A stretch of DNA of 64,000 nucleotides from Vicugna vicugna (Eukaryota), in assembly GCA_013265495.1 (NCBI GenBank), contig MU057651.1:372001-436000 (forward strand), given 5' to 3'. The notes under the pieces are model-generated. The model was not told the DNA's origin and made no database searches. It saw only the letters and a program-made list of their open reading frames with translations. Each line of letters opens with the position of its first letter. The first letter of the stretch is position 1. Position numbers and translations under genes: made by a program. Positions 38,247-51,350 of this stretch are shown one piece after another.

Positions 38247-41078
38247 CCCCACCCTCAGTGGGCATCAGCAGTGGCAACAACTGGCGTTGCTAGGTGGTAG
38301 CCATAAAGCTACTACATTTGGCATCTGAAACAACTGGAGATCTCCTCTCAACTAGCAGGAAATATTGTCTTTGAAGCACGGGTCCCCGGCAGCACTCATG
38401 TTCTATAATGATTATAGCTCAGTTCCAAGATGGCTGCCCTTGCTTCTTTTTCTTTTCTGTCCTTCAGCTTCTACTCCTCCTCTTCTCATCTTTTTTCTCT
38501 CAACCCTTTCTTCCTCCTTTCCTTCTTTGCTCTTTACTTCTTGTTCTCTCTCTATTCCTTCAGATTAGGGCCTTAATAATAAAGATGGCTGGCATTTATC
38601 ATGTGCTTACTGTATACCAGGCTCTGGGTTCAGCCTTATAGATTGTACATCACCTGCTCTGAGCCTGAGAGCAACCTTAGAAGGTAGGTATTGTTTTCAT
38701 CATCCCCACTTTGCAGAAAAACAATGGAAGCTGAAGGAGGTTAGGTAATTTGCCTAAGGGCACACAACTAGGAAATACTGGGGAACCCCATTCTGACTGA
38801 CAGCACATAGGCTGCTCTTTTTCCATGACTCCATATTGGGTCCAAAAAGAAGAGAGTAGAGAGACTAAAATGTACTGTTGGAAAGTGTTCAACATAGATT
38901 TAGCTGAGAGCAGGGCCCTCTGAAAAGTTCTTGGGTGCCATATGATACTATAGCTGTCTGCCATCATGTTCATTTTCATCTGGAGTGGTTAATCATACTC
39001 ATAGTTCAGAGGCTTAAGAGGTTTAAGAGATGGGAGCAAAAAAAGTCCAGAGTCCTAACAGAGCTACACAGCTGACTCTTGAGAGGAGACTGTGGATGAA
39101 TGAAATCATAAATATATAGCCTCATACATTTGCACACAACAGTTGTCTGACAGAGTTTTAAAGTACATGACAAGTTATGGAAAACATCTGACTCAAAGGT
39201 GGTGACCTCTTGAAAGGTGCCCATGCATCTGGCAGAGTGCTAAGGCTAGAGGCCATTTCTAGGGTATAGGAAATATCGGCTATGAATACACAGAGGAATT
39301 GAAAAGGCCCCTTCATCCTTGAGGTCACAAATTAAATACCACACCCTCTAATCACTCAGGTTGGACTTGATTAGCCAGCGGGAGTCAGAGAAATTAGAGT
39401 ATCTTTCGGCTGAGGTCTTTGCCCGCCCCATCCTGGGTGTGCGTGTCTACATCAGGTGCAGGAGGGTGCCTGTGCTCACCTACAAACCATCCTTTGGTCC
39501 CTTTGTCAGGACAACACTAGCAGCTTCTGAGACTCAGAGCAGTGCTGGAAGCTACTTTGCATATGTTGCAAGCCACTTACCTTCCCCCTCCACACACACA
39601 TATATAAATGTCCTCACAAGTGCCCTAGAGAATGTGACTGAATCTTCTCTCAGCACTAAGAAATTGATTAATTAACATGATTTAAAGGATTTGGTGCTAC
39701 AGCAAAGCAATCAATATTTGCACAGGGAGTGAATCATCAGTCCAGCATTTCTGAATGTCTCTGCGTGGTTCTCCTGTTGAGACTGAAGGAAGAAGAGCAA
39801 TCAGATTACAATCGCGTTTAATGCTTTCTTTGCACAGGCTAGGGTTTATTTATTCATTCATTTATTTAGTGTTATTACTGATGAGTTAAGCCTGATTAAA
39901 TCACACTGGTTTTCTGTAGCTTGACCTCTGGATGAACTTCTGTATACCTTGAGGCTAATGTGTTTTATTCAACAAATTCAACCTTTTCCAATAGTTTCTC
40001 CCCCAGGCTGAGCCTACCTCTCTTCCTCTTTTCTCCAGCTTCTAGTCCCAGGTGTCTAATCCCCTCCTCTTGCCTCTGGCCCCTGTGTTTCTTCCGCTGT
40101 ATTAGTCATTTCCTCTAGCCCATGGTAAATGTGAAAATTACATGAGATCCCTCCAATCCATAAATCAGGCTGTATAATGTATTCTCACATCTCCACCTCA
40201 TTACTTGTGGCAGCCAAGGGTGAGCGCTGGTGAGGACGGCCCTGAATACACAGAGCTAGTGTGCAGCATTCAAAGGTGGAAAGATGAGGGGTGGGTGATG
40301 GAAACAGGGGAGAGCATTTCTCAAGCAAGAGCTAGACTGGCAAACAGAAGTGTGTGTGTGTGTGTGTGTGTGTACAGATTGTTATTTAGACAGTTTCTCC
40401 ACCTGGGTGTGGAGGTGAGCAGTAGAAGGCCTAATTATACACACATACATATTCACCACTCACCCACCCACCCACCCACAAACACACACACACACACACT
40501 CTTCACATTTCACATTTCAGTATTCTACTCCTTAGCCATATACTCTGTGCAAAGTCCAATCTGTTTTCTTGGCAAGTATGTACTGTATGCCCAATAGGCA
40601 AGGTTACTTTGGTCACTTTATCTTGGAGTCAAAATGTGTTAACAATGAAAGTTCTCCTCAGTTCATAATATAACAGTGGAATGGAGCTATGAGTCCAGAA
40701 ATAGGACAGGAGCATTAAGAAATAGAGACATGTTAAAAAAAACACTCCAGTAATGCCCCTAGACCTTAACACACATCCTAGAAATTAATATAAATGTTTC
40801 AATTGCAATAAAACCATATCAAGCTTGAGAACTCCCCCCTTATTAGATGATACTTAGGTATTTTCATTGTCCTTGGGACCCTTAGCTTTATAGGATTTTT
40901 CAACTAAGTATGACATTATAATGAAAAATATTTTGCTGATGACTTGCTCTTGAATTTGAATGAGAGCCCAATTAGGATTTGCATATAAAGTTTGTTATTC
41001 TCACCATGTCTCCAAAAGTGCTACTCCAAGGTCAGTGTGTATTAGTTTGGTTAGAATTATCCATATATCTGCTATTAA

Positions 41079-41471
<393 letters not shown>

Positions 41472-43019
41472 TGACTCTCTCCTTATTTGTTCTAAACCCT
41501 TGGATGACCATCTTATATTTCAGGCATCATTTCTGGTTGGGAGACTCTTCTTCCTCCTCTCATCATCCCTATCTGACATATTATGTCTCATTTGGAAAAA
41601 AGGTCTTTTCAGCAAACAAAGCAATGGACCAGAAATCTGAGGCTTTGAAATTCAATCTGCTTCTGAGTTACCAGTAAAATGGTCACTTATCAACTTCCTT
41701 ATCTGCTAGGAAAAGATGTATTAGAACCCAGGTCCTACATATTCTTTTGAATAAGAGTTTAACTATTGCATGATGCAATCTTGATTGTTCAGTGTATGTG
41801 ACTGGAAATGAGATTTGCCCACTCATTTCTTCTTAGAGACTCTCACATTCATATTCAGCACCCATTCTGGTGAAAGAGGTTAAAGTGATACTCATATTCT
41901 ACGAAAGGAGTCATATATGGGGAAACACTGAGGTTTCTGGTTCATTGTCTTTGCCTCATACTAGACCACACTTTCTCACTCTCTCCCTTTTCCATGTGAC
42001 ATAGCTGTCTTAATTTGGTTCCACTGATGGTTTGTGTGAGAAAGGGACTATTTCAAGATCCTAAAATTAGCCTAAGAAAGATGCTGCCATCTGTTCCTCT
42101 CCAAATCAGGTTCTTCATGTCATTGGTTATGCCTCTAAAGTGCCACCTATATTAATATCTGGGAAAGAATGCAGCCAGGCGTCTCCATCAGACAGATGCA
42201 CCATTCTCTTGAGCATAGGGAGCTGTAAATATATGATAAAAAATGTTCCAAGGGAATTGAAACAGTGGCTGGTCCTTTGGCTCTAAAGAGAATCCTGGTC
42301 CCTCATCAGACAAGACAGGTGTGGATTACTATTAGACCATACTTTCTACCTCTTAAAATACCTTTGGTGTTTGAGCAACTATATAGATTCTGAAAAAAAA
42401 AAGATTCATTATATCAGAGTGATGAGTGTCCAAATGCAGTAATGTGTCTCCTCCCATCATTTCTGATATTATACTGTATGCTACAAGATTTTAAGTTACT
42501 GGGAAGTTGCAAACTCATATACATGATGATTTGTATAAATGTGCTGCTTCTGTCTGTTACCCATCATCTTGTGATCTGTGAGAAACCTGGAAGCATTGGT
42601 TGTATGTGATAGGTGTTTGTTGCACCAAAGCAATACGTTTATCTGTGATGGGAAAAGTTCCAACTCCCAAGTATCTCTCTAAGAGGATCTCTTTTCTGAG
42701 GACCAAGTATATAATAAATGGGGGCTGCCCAGGAACAGGGTTGATCATCAGAAACCTCATCTCAGAGAAGTAGGACTTTAGGAATTTTAGGATCAGTGGA
42801 TCTTAGAATTGAGGGTGACCTTAGAAACCATGACATTTAATCTCCCACCTATGGCAAGAATATACTCTACAACTATTTCAATTTCTTAAAACAGCCTATT
42901 TCACTGTTGAACAACTGTGATTTTTAGAAAGATTTTTCTTACATTGGGCATAATTCTGCTTCCCTATACACTTCAGCCTCTTGAAGAAATACAGAACAAA
43001 TACAACTCAAGGATATAAG

Positions 43020-43215
43020 ACTGGGATTTAGAAGACTTAGTTTCTAATCTGAATATTGCCACTTACTATGTGACCTTGGGGTAATCACTTAACTATCCTG
43101 AGGCTCACACATCTCCTCTGTAAGAAAGGGCTAATCACATCTGCCCTACCCATGCTCACAGGGTTCTCATGAAGATTAAATGAAATAATAGATATGAAAG
43201 CACTCTGTAAATCAA
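43020..43215 (+). mobile_element. MIR SINE
   Basis: tgccacttactatgtgaccttggg...tcacttaac...gaagattaaatgaaataat...gaaagcactctgtaaa. Confidence 0.8.
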
Positions 43216-46200
43216 AACACACAGTGTAAATATATATGCATACAGTTCATCACTAAATGAGATAAAATATGTAAATTTTTCTGACAATTTACATATATAT
43301 TAATAAATGTTAACGCACTTCCCCCTACTTAACCTTCATCAATCTTATCATGAATTTCCAACATTTTGTGGAGATATACCATACCTTGGCATTCTGTGAT
43401 TGCTCCTAGTAATAAATAAAGGGACACCTCCAACTCCTAGATAAGCAAGTTTCAATCCAGTGATGGGTGGATTTTCATTATACAGCAGGTTTTCCAACTC
43501 CTTCAACTCCTTGGGGAACATGTTATAGCATGCCAATGTATGGTGTGGTATATGTACAGAAACGTCAGGGTGGAGTGCAAAGGGGAGCAGAGCAATGCCT
43601 TGGCACGTATCAGTGCCTCTGTTCCTTCTCTTTCAAATATCTCCCCCTGCCTGCTCTGATCCCTGGGGGCCATCTTTTAAGACATGATTCAAATGTCATT
43701 TTATCTCCAAAAACTTCTCTATCTGCACCACGCAAAGTTAAACCTTAACCTATTTTTTTTTGCTCCTGATGCATTATGGATGCTCTATAAATGTTTGCTG
43801 ACTGAATGGGCTGACATAAAGAGATTCTCACATGGTCCAGGTAGATGTTCTGAGAAGCCATCTGCTTTCAATGCCCCAGACACTAGCCTGAGGTCTATCA
43901 GAAGAGATAGGGGGCTTCCAAAGGAGTGCATATTCCACCTGAGCAGCTCCTATCTATTACTTACTTGGAAGTCACTGAGGGCAGACTTATAAAGCAATTT
44001 TTCCCAAAGGATATTTTGAGAACTGTTCCCATCTCTCTACCTTCAGAGGCTCTTCATAAAAGGGTTTTATGGTCAAATAAAGTTGTGAAATTCTGCAAAT
44101 TGTATGCCTTTCTGAGAGGCTCTCATAGCTTATTGCCATATTAAATGTTCTGAGAAGTCCTGCAGAAAAGAAACCCATTTAATTTGGACCTGGGATTTCC
44201 CAATCTTATTTAAGCACAAACACATTACATGGAATACACAACTACACACACACATACACACCCCTCTCTCAGGAGCACACTAGGAAAAGCTGTTTGCAGA
44301 AGATGCTGAATGATTAGGAACTAACTGCTCTAACCTCACTGGTAAGATTGATATGGATGGAGTAACCCAAAATCAAACATTGTTGTGTGGTTACAGCAAG
44401 GACATTGAATAAAAAAATGTAAGGGTGCAAGGACACAACCTACTAATTACAAAATAGGTGCTGAGTCTACTGAAAGTTGGTGCCAAACTCAAAATTGTGG
44501 AGTCCAGCCCATTTCCCAATTCTAGTGATGATAGCCCTAATGTTAACACCTGTCAGTCACTTTGATTACTGGTGGGTATTCTTACTACTTGGGAACATGA
44601 TCTTCCTCTGTGCAGGCTGAAGGCACATGTGTTACAATGGCTAGGACTTGCTTGGATGAGAATCCATGCCTGTCTTTGGCTAAATGTGGCACCAGGCAGA
44701 AAGGACAAAGTATGGTCAAGGCTATTTGTTGTGAAGCGTTTTAATCATAAAGTCAGGACCATCACTTGGTTTCAGTTTTGCTCTAACTGGATCCCAAATG
44801 GACCCAATAAAGTAGTTTTCTCTCTCTTCATTTAAATAATGATCAGTTAAAACATCCCAGTTAATTACACCAGATTTATTGTTGCTTCTCTTCTCATGCG
44901 TACCATTTGACTGATTGGCTTATGCTGATTGACAAGCAATCTACGGACCTGGCTCTCATCTCTTTCTGTTTTTATTTGGTTTGGATGTGCTTTTGGAGCC
45001 TTTGATCTTTTAAGGGCTTATGTTTTGCCAGTATAGAAGACCAGTTTCCTCTGAGATATTTATGGTCTGTGTAGACAGGGAAGCTAACCATCACTAGTAG
45101 GACAAGGTCCCAATTAATTCGTCACCTCAATGAGAGTTTGCTAATGGAATAAGAAGTAGTTGGTAGTGCCTTAGCTACTTCCATGGGGTGTAATAGATTT
45201 CTAGGAGGTCAGGGAACACACGATGAAGGGTTAGACGACGATGCACATTGGTTCACTCTCAGGTGAGGTTGTTTTGATTCCTTGGCAGCTGGAGAGGTTG
45301 CAGTGTGTTGAAAAAATTATCCACTTATTAATTTCTATAATAAAGCCATGCATTGACCTTTATACTTAAAAGTCGTGGATATATAAAACCTGGAACCCAA
45401 ATTTCTGGTTCACTTGGTAGTAGAGGCTCAGCAGATACATGGTCTAGCCTTAAATTCATTTCTGTGAAGAACAGGGCATGGTGCTTCCATTAGAGATGCA
45501 GAATGTTACTAATAGACTTTTAGCTATTTGGCATCTTACTCAGGGGTGCAGCTGGCCCTCACACCATTCATTTTCATGCTTTATTCATTCTATACTTATT
45601 GGCATCTCTGATCTCAGTTTTGTCCACATCCAGGTTCTGTGGAAAGATTCACTCTAGCCTCAAGATCCATGCCTAAGAGATAAGTATGGCCTTTAGTAAT
45701 TTTGTTAGCTTTATTAGGCCAATTTTCAGTTGGATGAATTTATTTTGTGTTTCTGTCTATATCTTTCTAGTACCAACTACTTGAACCAGAAATTTTAGGC
45801 CTCAGAATAAGAGAAAAGAGCTTTAAGCTGATTCCAAGATTACCCATAGCCTTGGAATTTAGAACAGGAGTTTTAAGACATGTTTTGAACCAAAAGATGG
45901 TGGAACAGGAAAAAGAGAGCACGAAGGGTGTTTGAACTGCTGCTGAGTATTCCAGGAAAGACTTGCCCCTTCCATCTTGCTGTGCTAAATAACTGGGTGC
46001 TGCAAGCACAAAGGTAATTACAGGAAACACAGGAAGACAAGTTGGATTTAACCTTGGAAATGTTGAGTGCATTTCCCAAGGTGGATGTGTCTTTCTTTTG
46101 CTTGTATAGCCAGTTTTTCTCCATTCCCCACCCTCATCTCTGGCCCTCCAGCCACATCTGGTCTTACTTATACTCCCTGGCCTCCAGGTCTCTCAGAGCT

Positions 46201-47546
46201 AACCCTTCTCTCCTCCTAGTGCTATGTTCCTGTCAGTCAACAATGGGCTCAATAGAAAAGGCCACGTGGCCACAAATTATGCCCCCAAAGGGAGGTCATT
46301 TATCATTGACCTTCTCTTGAGAAAACTAAGGCTAGAAAGTTAATGTTTGTATTACCAAACGTTCCCTCTTCCCAACCTTCCCACAGATTTCATTCCTGGA
46401 GACAAGCTTTGAGGGGATTGACTTGAGTATGGAATAGAAAAGAGCAAGGAAGGGAAGGGAGCCAGGCTGGCTTTTTGAAGGGGATAGTTTGCAACTCACC
46501 TTGCCATATATAGTATATACTTCAAGAGGTCTCACATTGAGGTAGATTTTGTACTTTAAAAGAGGGCTTATGATGGAGGTGGCCAAACATCAAATATATT
46601 GTTCTTTTGAAAAGAAAGGGCGATTGGTTATTTCTTCATGATTTATCATCTTAGAGTTTTATTGTTGACTAGATGCTCTTGGCTCTGAGCAGTGATAGAG
46701 GTGGGGCTTGGCCACTGCCATCAAGAACTTTGGTATTGTATCCCAGTCTCTCATACTGACTAGTCTGTCAATATCCAACATTCAGCATATGGAAAGAGCC
46801 CTAAACTGGGATTCAAAGACCTGAAGTCTAGTCTTTACTCTGCTCTTCACCAGCTATGTGTTATGGGACCAATCACATCTCTTCTCTTAGTTTTTGAGAT
46901 AAATACATGACCTTTACTCTATGATAGCAGAATATTCATCTCACAGTGTTGCTTCTGTAGAGATAATTTTCAACAAGCTGCCACTCTTCTCAATGCCCTC
47001 CCCTTCTCTATGCTCCTAGGATCTCCAACCTGATGCAGTAATCACCTTGATGAATACCTTGTTTTCTAAAATGGTCACTAAACATATGTGCACAGTTCTT
47101 ATTCTTATATTCAGATCTTTCTTGCTGCCTGTGATGACATGACCAAAAATATTTTCAAACTTGTAATTTTGATTTGACCTCCTTTTCTTTCCACTGTGGA
47201 TGATATAAGGAACAGAGGGTGGAGGAATCACAAAACAAAGCAAGATAAAAGCCAGCCTACTAAAATTGTGACAAGCATTTGACAGTGCTATTATTAAGGT
47301 GTCTCCACCACAGTGGTGCTATTTTCAGTACTGGGAAGGATTGTTGCCAATGGGGGAAGTGAGCATCACAGCTATATCTTGAGTAAACTGAAGAGGATTA
47401 TCAATTGGGGATTGATCTGGAGATGCAAGCTATTCTATTAGCAACTGTTGAAGTAACTGGCCTCTTTTTCTTAGTTCTTTATTTTGATCTTTCTCATTAT
47501 TTCCATTCCTTTAAAGTGGAAGAAAAAGCATTCTCTCCAAATACAG

Positions 47547-48810
47547 TTTTAAAAATAGCTTTATTGAGATGTAACCCCCCATACCATATAATTAACCCAT
47601 TTTAAGTGCACAATCCAATGACTTTTAGTATATTCACAGAGTTGTGCATCCATCACTACAATCAATTTTATAAATTTTTCATCACCGCAAAAAGAAACTC
47701 TGCACCCTTTAGATATCATACTCAATCCCCCATCACTAGACAATCACTTATCTACTTTCTGTCCCTATAGATGTGCCCATTCTGGACTTTTAATATGAAT
47801 GAAATCATGCAATATGTGATACACTGTGGCTGGCTTCTTAGCATGTTTCAAGAGTCATCATGTTGTAGCATATCATTATTTCATTCCTCTTTATGGCTAA
47901 ATAATATTCCATTGTATGGATATGCCACATCTTATTTATTCATCATTTGATGGACATTTGGGTTGTTTCCACATTTTGTCTATTATGAATAAAGCTGCTG
48001 TGAATATTCATGTTCAGATTTTTATATGGACATACATCTTCATTTATCTTGGGTAAACACCTAGGAATAGTATTGCTAGGTTATATATATATGTATAAAA
48101 TTATATATATATATATTTAATATATTATATATATATGTATAAAATTAAATGTATGAGGATTCCAGTTTCTTCACATCTTGCCAACACTTGCTATTATCTA
48201 TCTTTTTATTGGAGTTACCCTAGTGGGTGTAAAGTGGAATCTCATTGTTGTTTTTTGATATGCATTTCCCTAGTAACTAATGATATCAGATATATTTTCA
48301 CATGCTTATTGGACATTTGTCTATCTTCTTTGGAAAAATATCTATTTAGATCTTTTCCCATTTTAAAAATTGAGTTGTCTCCTTTTTATTAGATCATAAG
48401 GGTTTATTATATATTCTGGACACAAGTCCTTTATCATATATGTAATTTACAAATATTTTCTCGCAGTCTGTAGCATGTGTTTTCATCTTTTTAATGGCTG
48501 TCTTAATTCTTCAAGAGAAATTTTTATTCATTTTGATGAAGTCCAATTTACTAATTTTTCTTTTATGCATTGGCAATATATCTAAGAATTCTTTACCTAA
48601 ACCAAGGTCTCCAAAAATTTCTCACATGTTTTCTTCCAGAAATTTTATAGTTTTATCTCTTACATTTAGATACTTGATTTATTTCAAGTTAATTTTTGTG
48701 TATAGTGTGAGGTAAGGGTCAAGGTTTTTCTTTTCTTTCTTTGTTTTTTCTTTTTTGGAAAATGTATATCCAATTTTTCCAGCACCATTTGTTGAAAAGA
48801 TAAATTTTTT
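47547..48810 (-). mobile_element. L1MB-like 3' end with an internal AT-rich tract
   Basis: aatagctttattgagatgtaac...ttagtatattcacagagttgtgca...ttccagcaccatttgttgaaaaga. Confidence 0.88.
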
Positions 48811-49671
48811 AAAACTTGAATTTAATCTGATAGTTAGAAATAGCAGTGGTCCATATCCTCATATCCAGGGGGTAGCTTGGCATTAAAAGTAGCCAAATGC
48901 TCTGAAGTTTTCTAGAACTTTCAAGAACTGTGAGTGTGAACTAATATTAGCATGTATTTGAAGTTTATCTTCTTTATGGATGAATAATATTCCATTGTAT
49001 GGATTCACCACATTTTATTTATTCATTCATTGGTTGATGGGCATTTGAGTTGTTTCCATCTTTTGACTATTATTAATAATGCTGCTGTGAACATATGTGC
49101 AAGAGCTTTTGTGTGGACATGTATTTTTATTTTAGTATAAACTTGGTAATAGAACTGTTGGGTGCTGGGGTTTCTCCTGTTGCCTAACCACCAAACTCAT
49201 GTTCCTAAAGCACATACCCAAAAGGATACTCCAAACAAACAAATTTATACTCTCTTTTTCTGTGTAGAGGTTTGGACCAGAGTTCTACCCTAAACAATAT
49301 ACTAGAAAGAAACATGAAAGTCCGTTTAACAACATTTCTTAAAGCTAGAGCAAATACAAAGAATATATTTCCCCTCTTCCTTTTTTCTTAGTCTCACCCT
49401 GACCCTTCTAACTCTCCAGACTCTTTTCAAACAGAAGGAACTTCTAGTGTAAAGAGTCACAGATCCCTCCCAAACCACCAAAGTTCCTTAGCTTTAAAAA
49501 GATATACCGAAAGGGATTTCCAGAACCCCAGTCCATCTATTTTTCCCTAGATTTAGAATACTTTTATTCTTGATACCACAGACTCTATCCTTTCCAGTTC
49601 TTGTGATATTAGCTCCTGAGTAAAAAGAAAATCTTAGCTGTAGAGAGCCACAGCAGTTCTGTATTATTAGC

Positions 49672-49887
49672 TCAGTAGTCTTTGTCCAGGGAAATTTTGC
49701 CCCACAGGGGGTGTTTGGCAATGTGTAGAGACATTGTTGATTGTCACAAATGGGAGAGGGGTACTATTGATAGCTAGTTGGTAGAGGCTAGGGATTCTGC
49801 TAAACATCCTACAATGCACAGAATGGCCCCAGCAACAAAGAATTATCTGACCCAAAATGTCAGTAGTGCTATGTTTGAGAAACTATG
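49672..49887. mobile_element. MER20 DNA transposon
   Basis: attttgccccacaggggg...tttggcaatgtgtagagacatt...gctaaacatcctacaatgcacag...aaagaattatctgacccaaaatgtcagtagtgc. Confidence 0.85.
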
Positions 49888-49889
49888 TT

Positions 49890-51350
49890 ACAGTATAAAG
49901 TGCAAGGCTGATGTGGCAGAAGATGAAGCTGAGAGGAAGTCAAGGGCAAGATCCAAGAATAACCTTATAAACTATGTTAAGGAGATTGGATGTTATCCTG
50001 TAGTGATAGAAGCTACTGAAGGATTTTAAGCAGAGGAATAACATGATCAGATTTGCAGTCTGGGTAAGTCGCCCTGTTGTTCTGGACTTAAGGAAGATAA
50101 AACCAGTAGGGAGGCCAGATAGGAGGTTGTTTAGTATTATAGGAAGGAGAATAAAAGGATCTAAACCCAGGCAGTGGCAGTGGCAGTGGACATGGAAAAG
50201 GGGAAAACGGATTCAAGAAATATTTGGGAGGTGGAAACTGGAGAGCTTAGTGATTAATTGAGTTTGGGGGTGTGTTAGTTTTCTACTGCTGTATAATAAG
50301 TTAGCACAAATGTAGCAGGTTAGAAGAACAGCCATTTATTATCTCACAGTTCTGTAGGTCAGAGTTAAAGCTGACTTCACTGGGTTCTCTGTTTAGGGTC
50401 TCACAAGACTAAAGTCACAGTGGCAGATGGGCTAGGCTCTTATCTGGAGGCCCTGAGGTTGAATTCAGGTCCAAGCTCATCCAGGTTTTTGGCAGAATTC
50501 ATTTCCTTGCTGGTTGTCAGCTGGGAGCCATGTTCAGCTTCTTGAAGCTACCAACATCCTTTTCACATGACTCTCTCCGTTTTCAAGTTAACAAAGTTAC
50601 CTCAAATCCTTCTCGTGCTTAGAATCTCTCTAATTTCCCCTTCTGTCACCAGTCAGAGCAAATTCTCTGCTTTCAAAGGGTTCATGTGATTATATTGCTC
50701 CTACCTGGATAATATCCCCCTTGATTAACTGAAAGTCAACTGATTATTAACCCTAATCACATCTGAAAAGTCCCTTTTGCCATATAACATAATTACAGGA
50801 ATAACATTATATTCATAGGTTCTACCACACTCAAGGAGAAGAGATTATATAAAGGCAAGGATTATTCTTAGAATTCTGCCTACCATGGGTGAAGGAGGAG
50901 GAGCACTCAGGTGACTCTGAAGTTTATGGGTAAGGTGTATGGGTGGATGGTAGAGTCATTCACTAAAGTAGGGAAATCCAGAGCAAGAAGCAGAGCTTAG
51001 ATATATTGAACTTTGGATGCCTTGCTACATCTAACTGGAGTCTCCAGAATGTAGTGGTATATATGGGTCTGGAGAGAGGCCTGGGCTGGAGATATAGATT
51101 TGGGAATAATCGGCAAACAGCGGTAGTTAAAATCAGGCAGATAGATGAGCTCACCAAGGGTTCATGTGAGAAGGTGCTCCAGGAAAAGACAATGAGGGAT
51201 ACTTGCATTAAAGGGATGGGGAGGAAGAAGAGCCCAAGAATAGTTAGAGAGAACCATGGAGAACTAGATGGTGTGTCCATAGAGTCTAAGAGAATAGTTT
51301 TGAGACAAGAGTGTGCAGCTGGGTCAAATGTGGCAGAAATGTCTTTTTCA
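49890..51350 (-). mobile_element. L2 LINE remnant split by an MLT1 LTR
   Basis: tactgaaggattttaagcagaggaataacatgatcagatttgca and ggagagaggcctgggctggagatatagatttggga are typical L2 motifs. Confidence 0.75.
50271..50885 (-). mobile_element. MLT1 (D/E-like) solo LTR
   Basis: tgtgttagttttctactgctg...catttattatctcacagttctgtaggtcag...cttagaattctgcctacca. Confidence 0.85.
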
